Positions 1 to 9,344 of a stretch of 39,862 nt of DNA are shown one piece after another. The position numbers and the translations under genes were made by a program. Origin of the DNA: Vicinamibacterales bacterium (GTDB lineage: Bacteria > Acidobacteriota > Vicinamibacteria > Vicinamibacterales > 2-12-FULL-66-21); NCBI GenBank assembly GCA_046594705.1, contig JBKJRJ010000302.1, positions 1-39,862 on the forward strand, in the 5' to 3' direction. The first letter of the stretch is position 1, and every line of letters begins with the position of its first letter. The notes under the pieces are model-generated. The model made no database searches. It saw only the letters and a program-made list of their open reading frames with translations, and had not been told where the DNA came from.

Positions 1-1070
1 CCCAGCCCGGTGCCGGTGACCTTGGTGGTGAAGAACGGGTTGAAGATCCGATCCGTCAAATCCGCCGGAATGCCCGGGCCGTCGTCGGCCACTTCGACCA
101 GCACCGCCGGCGTCGGCGGGTGCAGGCCGGCAAACGCCGGGTCGGCTTCGATCGCGGTGGTCACCGCGGAAATCGTGAGGGAGCCCTTGCCGTCGAGCGC
201 CTCGAACGCGTTGGCGATCAGGTTGGTGAAGACCTGCGAGAGCTGATGGTGATCGCCGTCGATCGCCGGGAGCGCCCCCTCGAGCTGCAGCCTGACCGCG
301 CAGTTGCGGCGCGGCACCTTCGACTCGGCCATCGTCACCGACTGCTGAATGACGTCGCCGAGATCGGTCTTCTCGACCTGCAGCCGCACCGGCCGCACGA
401 ACTCCAGCATCTCGACGACGATCGCGTTGGCGAGCTTCGCTTCGCTGAGGATGTCGGCGAGCAGCGACTGGGCGTCCTTGGAGTCGGGCACCTGGCGCCG
501 CAGCAGGCCGGCCATCACTTCGATCCCGGCGAGCGGGTTCTTGAGCTCGTGAGCGATGCCGGCCGCCATCTCGCCGAGCGAGGCGAGCCGATCGCGCAGC
601 CGCTCGCGCTCCTCGAGCTGCTCAACCTGCGTCAGGTCCTTGAAGAACAGCACCGCGCCGATCGGCGCCGCGCCATCGTCCTTGACCTGGGAGAGGGTGT
701 AGCCGATGACCCGGTCGAGATCCTTGAGCCGCAGTTCCGCGCGGTTCGGCAGGTGGCTGAGCTCGAAGGCGCCGGAGAGCACGCGGATGATCTCGGGGCA
801 TTGGCGCAGCACGTCGTTGAAGGGGCGCCCGACATCGCCGGCCGACGCCGCCAGCCCGAAGATCCGGTAGGCCTCATCGTTGATCAGCGCCAACGTGCCG
901 TCACGGCGGAAGGCGATGACCCCGTTGCGCATGCTGCTGACGATGTGGCGGAAAAAGCGGTCGTCGGGTGCCGGACGCGTTTCAGCCGAGGGACGCCGTT
1001 CGCCCCGGGTCGCGGGGACGGACGAGGCGGTCTTGCGGCGCCGCGGACGAGCGTCGGATCGCTGAGGCAT
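1..1070 (-). CDS. Sensor histidine kinase (PAS - HisKA - HATPase_c); C-terminal end runs off the window
   Basis: Absent from the ORF track because it runs off the edge. Reverse-complement translation from ATG (1070-1068) reads [16 protein letters not shown]... It has a PAS-like segment ([34 protein letters not shown]), an H-box ([14 protein letters not shown]), and an ATPase G-box ([29 protein letters not shown]) at the window edge. The 325-aa plus-strand ORF 120..1097 is its Arg-rich antisense shadow. Confidence 0.85.
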   Translation of the reverse strand, partial: [356 protein letters not shown]

Positions 1071-1078
1071 GTCGGGCA

Positions 1079-1084
1079 ATGCTA
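1079..1084 (-). promoter_or_regulatory. Candidate -10 box TAGCAT, 8 nt upstream of the kinase ATG (possible leaderless start)
   Basis: The minus strand reads TAGCAT-tgcccgac-ATG, with no purine-rich SD in between. It belongs to a recurring TANNNT-N7/8-start pattern in this window. Confidence 0.3.
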
Positions 1085-1221
1085 CAAGCACCTGTAACCT
1101 CGAGGCCAAGGGGCAAACCATGTACCCACGCCTCGACAGTTACAGATCGCGGAAACCCGCGTAATTCAAGGCGTTTCGGGACCTCACTCCCTGAACGTCA
1201 GATTACGGGATTGTAATGCAA

Positions 1222-3276
<2,055 letters not shown>

Positions 3277-3277
3277 G

Positions 3278-3359
3278 AAAGGGCTGAGGGCTGAGGGCTC
3301 GGGGCTACCGGCTTCAGCCCTGCGCGCTCAGCCCTCAGCCCGTAGCCCTCAGCCCTTTT
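3278..3359. repeat. Inverted arrays of a 7-bp repeat (GGGCTGA)n / (TCAGCCC)n forming a long imperfect hairpin; probable terminator/attenuator
   Basis: The sequence aaaGGGCTGAGGGCTGAGGGCTCGGGGCTACCGGCTTCA-GCCCTGCGCGCTCAGCCCTCAGCCCGTAGCCCTCAGCCCtttt fills the whole gap between the RR stop (3362) and the ABC-F ATG (3276). The outer 15 bp pair perfectly, and about 28 bp pair with a few mismatches. Confidence 0.8.
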
Positions 3360-3361
3360 CT

Positions 3362-3958
3362 CTATTCGCCGAGCGCTTTCGCTGCAGCGGCGAGCACCTG
3401 CGGCACGCGGAACGGCTTGGTGAGGTAGCCGGCGACGCCGAGGTTGACCGCTTCGATCGCGCTCGACTCGGTCGAGAAGCCGGTGATGATGATGACCGGC
3501 AGATCCGCCTTGTAGCGCTTGGCCTCGCGGATCACCGTGAGCCCGTCCATGCCCGGCATCTTGAGGTCGGCGATCAGCAGATCGTAGGGATAGAGCCGCA
3601 TGCGCTCGAGCGCGGAGCGGCCGTCCGGGGCGACGTCCACGTCGTACTCGGCAAGCGCGAGCGTCTTCGCCAGCAGGTCGCGGATGCTCGCTTCGTCGTC
3701 GACGACCAGGACGCGCGGGCGGGCGTTGCCGGCGGTGGCCGGGCGCGTCGACGCCGTCGCTGGCGCCCGGCGGTCGGCGCCGCCGCGCGGGCGCTGGCTG
3801 TCGAGCCAGGCGTCGATGTCGCGCTTGCGGAACCGCCACTGGCGGCCGACACGGACAGCGGGAATCTTGCCGGCCTTGATCAGCCGGTACACGGTGCGGA
3901 GGTTGACCTGGAGGTACTCCAGGACTTCTTCCGTCGTCAGAAACGTTTCGTCAATCAT
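3362..3958 (-). CDS. Response regulator with N-terminal excisionase/MerR-type HTH (HTH_17-like) and C-terminal receiver domain
   Basis: 198 aa. The N-terminus (LTTEEVLEYLQVNLRTVYRLIKAGKIPAVRVGRQWRFRKRDIDAWL) is the excisionase-family HTH signature. An R/P/A-rich linker follows. The C-terminal REC domain reads RVLVVDDEASIRDLL...DLLIADLKMPGMDG...PVIIITGF...GYLTKPF. Confidence 0.9.
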   Translation of the reverse strand: MIDETFLTTEEVLEYLQVNLRTVYRLIKAGKIPAVRVGRQWRFRKRDIDAWLDSQRPRGGADRRAPATASTRPATAGNARPRVLVVDDEASIRDLLAKTLALAEYDVDVAPDGRSALERMRLYPYDLLIADLKMPGMDGLTVIREAKRYKADLPVIIITGFSTESSAIEAVNLGVAGYLTKPFRVPQVLAAAAKALGE

Positions 3959-3961
3959 GCT

Positions 3962-6112
3962 TCAGCGTCCTGGTGACGGTGCAATCGGCAACTCGACGGT
4001 GAACACGGCCCCGCCCTCCGGATGGTTCGCGGCGACGATCTGCCCGCCGTGCTCCTGCACGATGCCGTACGTGATGGCCAGCCCCAGGCCAGTGCCCTTG
4101 CCGACTTCCTTGGTCGTGTAGAACGGCTCGAATATGCGCGACAACGTGTCCTCGGGAATCCCGCCCCCCGTATCGCGCAGCGTCGCGACGATGCGATCGC
4201 CGGACGGCGCGACGGAGGTGCTGATTTCGATGCGGCCGTTCTTGCCGGTCGCGGCGACCGCGTGCTCGGCGTTCATCACCATGTTCAGAAAGACCTGATG
4301 CAGCAGCAGCGGATCGCTCTTCACCCGCGGCAACTTGTCGTCATAGTGTCGCACGACTTCGATGCCAATGGCGCGGTGTGCGGGTGTGCGCAGGGCAAGG
4401 ACCTTTTGCAGCACCACGTTGAGGCTGACCGAGCGCAGGGTCAGGCGGCGCGAACCGGCGAACACCAGCAGGTTGCGCACGATTTTGGCGGCGCGGTCGG
4501 CTTCACGGTAAATCACCTGCACTTCCCGGCGCAGCTGCTTGGGGAAGGCCCCCGTGGTGCGGAGCAGCTCCAGGTGGCCGAGCACGCCCTGCAGCGGATT
4601 GTTCAGCTCGTGGGCGATGCCGGCGACGAACTGGCCGAGGGCGGCGAGCTTCTCGCTCTGGGTCAGGCGCTTGCGCAGCTCCTCGCGCTCGGCCTCGAGC
4701 CGCGTCTGCGGAGTCAGGTCGCGCGCGACGATCACGCGGCCGACCGGCTCGCGGTCGTGGTTCAGCAGATCGGTCACCGTCACCATGAACGGCCCCTTCA
4801 GCATCGGATCGACGACCTCGATGGTGATCGCGGAGTCGCCGTGCGCGCGCGGGGCCGACGACTTGTGCCGCTCGAGCCAGCCGCCCAGCTCGGGGCCGAG
4901 ATGATCAGCGAGCGGCTGGTTGATCAGCTCCTCCCGCTTGCGCCCGACCCGGGTCGCGAACGCCTGGTTGACATGGACGATGTGGCCGCGCGAGTCGGAA
5001 ACCGCGACGAGGTGCGAGATCGAGTCGAAGGTGTTCTCGAGCTCGCGGCGCGAGCGCATCACGTCCTCGAGCAGCTGCATGTTCTCGATCGCGCTCGCGA
5101 GCTGGCGGCCGAGCTCGTCGGCGCGGTCGAGCAGGTCGATCTCGCCGCCGGTCTCGACCCGCACGCCCTCGAACACGATGGTGCCGAGCGCGCGGCGGCA
5201 GCCGCGCAGCGGCACCGTGACCATCGCGGTCGCTTCGCCTTCCGGCGGCGCGATGATCTCGGCGCGCGCGCGGCGCATCGAGATCGCAGCGGGCGCCGAG
5301 CCGTCCTCGGAGCTGACGCCCACGCCGCGCGCGACGTCGGCCGGATCGGACGACGCCTGCAGCACCAGGTGACGGGCGCGGCGATCGTGGATCCAGACCG
5401 AGGTGCGATCCGCGCCGAACAACTGGTTGGCGCCGTGGCAGAAGATGTCGAGCCCGGCCGCGAGGTTGAGCGTCGCGGCGAGACTCGCGGTGAACTCTTC
5501 GAGCAGCGCGCGGACGTCGCGCTGCAGGTCGTCGGCCTGGCGCAGGTGGAACAGCTCGAGCGCGGTCATGAAGGCGTCGGCGGCCTCGACCGCGCCCGCC
5601 TCGATGTCCGCCGCCGCCGGCGGCTGATCGAAGCCCACGGCGAGCAACCCGACGCGCTCGCCGCGGCGCACCAGCGGCAGCAGCAGCGCGGCGCGCGTCT
5701 CGAGCCGCGCCGCGAGATCCGGCGTCTGCCGGGTCGTGTCGGCGATCAGCGTCGGCACCCGGCGCGCAAAGGCGTCGGCCACCAGCGCGGCTTCTTCAGG
5801 GCCCGGCAGCCACGGATCGGTTTTCAGTGCCTCGAGGCCGAACCCGGACGTCGCCTGCAGACCGCCGGTGCGCGGGTTGAGCTGAAACATCAGCGAGCAC
5901 GAGCCGCCGGTGACGTCCAGCGCGTGCTGGTGCAGGTGCGGCAGCAGCTCGTTCGGCGTCGTGCTGTGCGCCAGCAGCGACGCAAGCGGACGCGCGGCCG
6001 TGCCGGCCTGACGGTCTCGAGTCTCTCGGGGCATCGATTCGGGTTGGGTGGGGAGCTTGATTAGCGATTCTACTGCGATCGATCGGCGCGCGCCAACTGC
6101 CGCGAGCACCAC
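3962..6112 (-). CDS. Cytoplasmic sensor histidine kinase, GAF-GAF-PAS-HisKA-HATPase_c
   Basis: 716-aa ORF with no TM segments. It has an H-box (AGIAHELNNPLQGV), an N-box (HQVFLNMVMNAEHA) and G-boxes (DTGGGIP, GKGTGLGL). A PAS segment (FDSISHLVAVSDSRGHIVHVNQAF) follows two GAF-like regions. GTG 6112 is preceded by GGAGG-N5; an alternative ATG lies at 6034. The stop is 3 nt before the RR start. Confidence 0.9.
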   Translation of the reverse strand: MVLAAVGARRSIAVESLIKLPTQPESMPRETRDRQAGTAARPLASLLAHSTTPNELLPHLHQHALDVTGGSCSLMFQLNPRTGGLQATSGFGLEALKTDPWLPGPEEAALVADAFARRVPTLIADTTRQTPDLAARLETRAALLLPLVRRGERVGLLAVGFDQPPAAADIEAGAVEAADAFMTALELFHLRQADDLQRDVRALLEEFTASLAATLNLAAGLDIFCHGANQLFGADRTSVWIHDRRARHLVLQASSDPADVARGVGVSSEDGSAPAAISMRRARAEIIAPPEGEATAMVTVPLRGCRRALGTIVFEGVRVETGGEIDLLDRADELGRQLASAIENMQLLEDVMRSRRELENTFDSISHLVAVSDSRGHIVHVNQAFATRVGRKREELINQPLADHLGPELGGWLERHKSSAPRAHGDSAITIEVVDPMLKGPFMVTVTDLLNHDREPVGRVIVARDLTPQTRLEAEREELRKRLTQSEKLAALGQFVAGIAHELNNPLQGVLGHLELLRTTGAFPKQLRREVQVIYREADRAAKIVRNLLVFAGSRRLTLRSVSLNVVLQKVLALRTPAHRAIGIEVVRHYDDKLPRVKSDPLLLHQVFLNMVMNAEHAVAATGKNGRIEISTSVAPSGDRIVATLRDTGGGIPEDTLSRIFEPFYTTKEVGKGTGLGLAITYGIVQEHGGQIVAANHPEGGAVFTVELPIAPSPGR

Positions 6113-6278
6113 CGGGCCTCCGGATCAGGCCGATAACATCAATAAGGACAACCTGTTAGCGTGCCACACGGTATAATTACGACACGCCGGCGCCGGCAAG
6201 ACTGTTCGCCGCCATTCGCCGTCTTAGTACGCGTAGGCACACGAAACTGCAGTCAAGAGAGGGCCTTCCTCGCGCCGC

Positions 6279-6851
6279 ATGACGTGGACGGACGAAGAGC
6301 TCGTCGCGAAATCGATTAGCGGCGACGCCGACAGCTTCAACGAACTGGTCGTACGGTGGGAACGCCCCATCTATGCCCTCGCGTACCGCACCATCGGCCG
6401 CGAAGAGGATGCGCGAGACGTGTGCCAGGAAACCTTTCTCCGGGCCTTCCGGGCGCTGCCCGGGTTTCGCGGCCAGGCCAAGTTCTCGTCCTGGCTCTAT
6501 CGCATCGCGCTGAACCTCTGCCGCGACTGGATGCGGCGCGAGCGCCGCACCCCCGTGGTCCAGCCGCCCGAGGACATGGATCTGATCGAGATGGCGGCCG
6601 CGGCGGAGCCGTCCGAGTCGATCGAAGATCTGGTCGCACGCAAGGATCTCTCGCGGCTGGTCGAGAAGGCGATGGCGCTGCTGCCCGAGGAGCAGCGCAC
6701 GGCGATCGTGTTGAAGGAATACCACGGGCTGACGTTCCAGGAAATCGCGGAGCTGGTCGGCTGTCCGTTGAGCACGGTGAAGACGCGTCTGTATCAGGGG
6801 TTGATTGTGCTGAGGCGCGAACTGGCGAAGAACAGCCGGGCCGCGCGGTGA
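6279..6851 (+). CDS. ECF-type RNA polymerase sigma factor (sigma-70 regions 2 and 4)
   Basis: 190 aa. Region 2 reads FNELVVRWERPIYALAYRTIGREEDARDVCQETFLRAF and SWLYRIALNLCRDWMRR. Region 4 reads LPEEQRTAIVLKEYHGLTFQEIAELVGCPLSTVKTRLYQG. Confidence 0.95.
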   Translation: MTWTDEELVAKSISGDADSFNELVVRWERPIYALAYRTIGREEDARDVCQETFLRAFRALPGFRGQAKFSSWLYRIALNLCRDWMRRERRTPVVQPPEDMDLIEMAAAAEPSESIEDLVARKDLSRLVEKAMALLPEEQRTAIVLKEYHGLTFQEIAELVGCPLSTVKTRLYQGLIVLRRELAKNSRAAR

Positions 6852-6861
6852 TGGTAACGCT

Positions 6862-7626
6862 ATGACCGACATGTCCTGCACCTATGGCGACGGCCGCGAC
6901 GAAGCGATCGTCGCGTGGCTTTACGACGACAGCGAGTGGAGCCCGGCGCAGCGCGGGCGATTCGAGACGCACCTCGACACCTGCGCGCGCTGTCGCGCCG
7001 ACGTCGCGGCGCTGGAAGGCGTCCGCGCGCAACTCGCGCACTGGTCGCCCCCAGAGCCGGGCTTCGTGCCTGCCAATCGGCATTCAGCACCCCGCACTCA
7101 GCAATGGTGGCGGCAGGTTCCCGCCTGGGCGCAGGTCGCCGCGGCACTGCTGTTCCTCGGCGTCTCCGCCGGCATCGCCAACCTCGACGTCCACTACGAC
7201 CACAGCGGCCTCAGCGTGCGGACGGGGTGGTCCAAGCCGGCGCCAGCGGTGGCGCAGACGGCGGCGGAGCCGTGGAAGGCCGAGATCGCCTCGTTGGAGT
7301 CTCAGTTGAAGCATGAGATCCGCGCCAGCCAGGCCGACGCGCAGCCCGGCCCGCCGGTTCGCACCGTCGCCGCCGCGCCGGCCGATGCCGAGCTCGCGCG
7401 CCGCGTCCGCGCGCTGGTCGAGGAAAGCGAGAAGCGGCAGCAGCGCGAGCTGGCGCTGCGCCTCGCCGAGCTGCTGCGCGACATCAACACGCAGCGCCAG
7501 GCGGACCTGGTGAAAATCGATCGGACGCTCGGCGTCGTGCAGAACAGCGTCGGCATCGAAGTCATGAAGAACCGGCAGCAGATCAACCAGATCGATCTGC
7601 TGTATCGCGCATCGCAGCGGCAGTAG
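6862..7626 (+). CDS. Anti-sigma factor, zf-HC2 type, single-pass membrane protein with coiled-coil periplasmic part
   Basis: 254 aa, starting 11 nt after the sigma gene. It has the H-x3-C-x2-C motif (HLDTCARCRADV) and one TM (WAQVAAALLFLGVSAGIANL). The C-terminal region is Q/R/E-rich and helical. Confidence 0.8.
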   Translation: MTDMSCTYGDGRDEAIVAWLYDDSEWSPAQRGRFETHLDTCARCRADVAALEGVRAQLAHWSPPEPGFVPANRHSAPRTQQWWRQVPAWAQVAAALLFLGVSAGIANLDVHYDHSGLSVRTGWSKPAPAVAQTAAEPWKAEIASLESQLKHEIRASQADAQPGPPVRTVAAAPADAELARRVRALVEESEKRQQRELALRLAELLRDINTQRQADLVKIDRTLGVVQNSVGIEVMKNRQQINQIDLLYRASQRQ

Positions 7627-7642
7627 GCAGCAGGGGGACATT

Positions 7643-8449
7643 GTGAAACGGCTAGCATCGATCATCCTCGCGGGCACGGTGACGGCGGCGGCGCCGGCCG
7701 CGGCGCAGCAGGCGCCGTCGCGCGCCGCGTCGGAGCAGCGGTATCAGATCGGACAGATGGAGCGCGTGCTCGAGGGGGCCGTCGAGCACGGCCTCTCGGT
7801 GACCCGCGATCGCGTGCAGGCGCTGGCACAGATGCCGCCGGACATGCTGGTCAGCGACAACGCGCACGCGCGCGGCTTCCGCCTCGACGGCTACGGCCTG
7901 TTCTTCGACGTCGTCGTGCCGTCGTTCGAGACGACCTGGACCTGGAGCCTGCGGACGCTGGACCAGAACGACCTCGGGATCGAGAGCGCGATGCGCACGC
8001 TGCAGTCGCACGTCAAGACCGAGAAGGATCCCAATCTCGAACAGGCGCTCAAGCGGCTCGAGCTGCAGCTCGGGCCGGCGGTGCTCGCGCGCGCGTCGGC
8101 CCCGACCGCGGGCGCGCGCAACGCCACCGGATCCGCCGCCAGCGCCGACGCCCGGCCGCAGGCCGCCGTGGATCCGATCCTGGTCGACCCGAACGACGCG
8201 TACCGGACCGAAGTGCTGCTGGCGCTGAAGGACGCGATGCTCGCGCACAGCAGCGCGCTCGGCATCGGCCCCAACGAGTGGCTGACGATCGCGGCGAAAG
8301 GGAACGACGATCGCCCCCGTCTCGCGCCCGCCGACACCGGCTCGAGCACGCGCACCATCCGCCTGCGTGGATCGGATCTGGCCGAGTTCCTGGCCGGCCG
8401 GATTACGCGTGAAGAGGCGCTGGCGCGGATCGAGGTGCGGGTGTTTTAG
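7643..8449 (+). CDS. Exported hypothetical protein (Sec signal peptide)
   Basis: 268 aa. GTG start preceded by GGGGGA. Signal peptide MKRLASIILAGTVTAAAPAAAQQ. The composition is protein-like, unlike the Arg-rich antisense ORF 7652..8869. No recognisable domain. Confidence 0.7.
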   Translation: MKRLASIILAGTVTAAAPAAAQQAPSRAASEQRYQIGQMERVLEGAVEHGLSVTRDRVQALAQMPPDMLVSDNAHARGFRLDGYGLFFDVVVPSFETTWTWSLRTLDQNDLGIESAMRTLQSHVKTEKDPNLEQALKRLELQLGPAVLARASAPTAGARNATGSAASADARPQAAVDPILVDPNDAYRTEVLLALKDAMLAHSSALGIGPNEWLTIAAKGNDDRPRLAPADTGSSTRTIRLRGSDLAEFLAGRITREEALARIEVRVF

Positions 8450-8469
8450 CCAGACCGAATCGTCTGCAC

Positions 8470-8475
8470 TACAAT
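8470..8475 (+). promoter_or_regulatory. Candidate -10 box TACAAT exactly 7 nt upstream of ATG 8483 (leaderless-type promoter)
   Basis: The sequence is ctgcacTACAATagcgcgcATG, with no SD. AT-rich hexamers are rare in this DNA. Confidence 0.4.
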
Positions 8476-8482
8476 AGCGCGC

Positions 8483-8968
8483 ATGCGCGCGTCCGCCCGG
8501 CTGCTGCTGCTCCTTGCGATCGTCTCGTCCGCCGCGTGCGGCCCGACGGTCGACCTGACCAAAGGCCTTCAGGTCACCATCGTCAACTCTGGCTGGTACG
8601 ACCTTGGCATCGTCAACGGACAGAACAAGCTGGTCCCGACGGTGATGTTCACGCTGCACAACACCTCGGACCAGACGCTCGGAACGCTCCAGGTGCAGGC
8701 GCTCTTCCGCCGCGTCACCGAAAACACCGAATGGGGGAACGGGTTTCTCACCGTCGTCGGCTCGAAAGGGCTGGCGCCCAACGCCACCACCGAACTCATC
8801 ACCGTCAAGTCGCAGCTCGGCTACACCGGCAGCGAACAGTCGCGCCAGGAAATGCTGCAGAACGCGCATTTCGTCGATGCCAAGGTCGAGCTGTTCGGCA
8901 AGTACGCGTCCACCCAGTGGGTGCGGCTTGGATCGTTCCCGGTTACGCGTCAGCTCTTGACGAAGTAA
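8483..8968 (+). CDS. Hypothetical lipoprotein
   Basis: 161 aa. The signal peptide has a lipobox-like end (LLLLLAIVSSAAC-G). The mature part is beta-rich (VTIVNSGWYDLGIVNG..., VMFTLHNTSDQTLG). Confidence 0.7.
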   Translation: MRASARLLLLLAIVSSAACGPTVDLTKGLQVTIVNSGWYDLGIVNGQNKLVPTVMFTLHNTSDQTLGTLQVQALFRRVTENTEWGNGFLTVVGSKGLAPNATTELITVKSQLGYTGSEQSRQEMLQNAHFVDAKVELFGKYASTQWVRLGSFPVTRQLLTK

Positions 8969-9344
8969 GCAGCGCCGCGAGCGTCAGCAGCGCGAGCGCG
9001 CCGTCGCTGGCCGCAAACAGCAGGAACGATCGCGGCGAGTGACGGACGAGGTAGTCGATCACGAACGCCGCGGCGCCCGCGCCTTTCAGCACCGGTCCCA
9101 TCACCCACAGATAGGCGCGCCCGCCGGAGGACTGCGGCTCGCGGTACGGAATCAGATAGCCGGCGGCGATGCAGAGGAGAAAGAGCCCGTTCAGATCGGC
9201 GTGGATGGGTGGGGTTGGCAGCGAGACGCCGAACAGCTGCGCGAGCAGCGGCCGTCCCGCCAGCATCACCACGCCGACGCCGGCGTCGTAGATGCCCGAG
9301 ACGGCCGCGATCGCGCGAACGCTACGGAATCTTCTTGAGCTCAC
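8943..9344 (-). CDS. Small polytopic membrane protein, unknown function (start uncertain)
   Basis: This is the C-terminal ~130 aa of track ORF 8943..9488, which has 3-4 hydrophobic helices (AIAAVSGIYDAGVGVVMLAG, LFLLCIAAGYLIPY, GAGAAAFVIDYLV, LLFAASDGALALLTLAALL). The track N-terminus overlaps the PEGA gene and looks non-coding. I place the start at GTG 9344 (VSSRRFRSVRAIAAV...). Confidence 0.5.
   Translation of the reverse strand: MSSRRFRSVRAIAAVSGIYDAGVGVVMLAGRPLLAQLFGVSLPTPPIHADLNGLFLLCIAAGYLIPYREPQSSGGRAYLWVMGPVLKGAGAAAFVIDYLVRHSPRSFLLFAASDGALALLTLAALLTSSRADA

Noticed and set aside
120-1097. 325-aa plus-strand ORF at the window start
   Set aside because: It is antisense to the PAS/HisKA/HATPase kinase that reads cleanly on the minus strand. 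Its composition (R, G, D, E, L runs) has no recognisable domain.
3278-3359. Heptamer arrays (here, 25921-25955 and 38471-38554) as CRISPR or a mobile element (MITE/REP)
   Set aside because: The units are 7 bp with no spacers, so they are not CRISPR. The three loci share no sequence and have no target-site duplications or terminal repeats common to all, so they are not copies of one MITE/REP family.
4022-6064. 680-aa plus-strand ORF
   Set aside because: It is antisense to the GAF-PAS histidine kinase, which has H, N and G boxes. It is low-complexity and Arg/Asp/Gly-rich.
6067-6096. TTGGCG-N18-TAGAAT promoter-like motif (minus strand), which would favour a shorter kinase starting at ATG 6034
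   Set aside because: GTG 6112 has a strong GGAGG-N5 Shine-Dalgarno, whereas ATG 6034 has none. The motif therefore probably lies inside the coding region. It is kept only as an alternative start note.
6161-6166. TGGCAC (minus strand) as a sigma-54 -24 element upstream of the GAF kinase
   Set aside because: The nearest TTG(C)-like element is 8-9 nt away (TGGCACGCTAACAGGTTGTC), not the required GG-N10-GC spacing.
6172-6177. Perfect TATAAT on the plus strand upstream of the ECF sigma gene
   Set aside because: No acceptable -35 lies at 16-19 nt, and the box is ~100 nt from the ATG. ECF genes are usually autoregulated from ECF-type promoters. It is too weak to call as a feature.
7652-8869. 405-aa minus-strand ORF across two exported-protein genes
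   Set aside because: It has extreme Arg content (RRGRRRRRHRA...) and spans an intergenic gap. The plus-strand ORFs have proper signal peptides and balanced composition.
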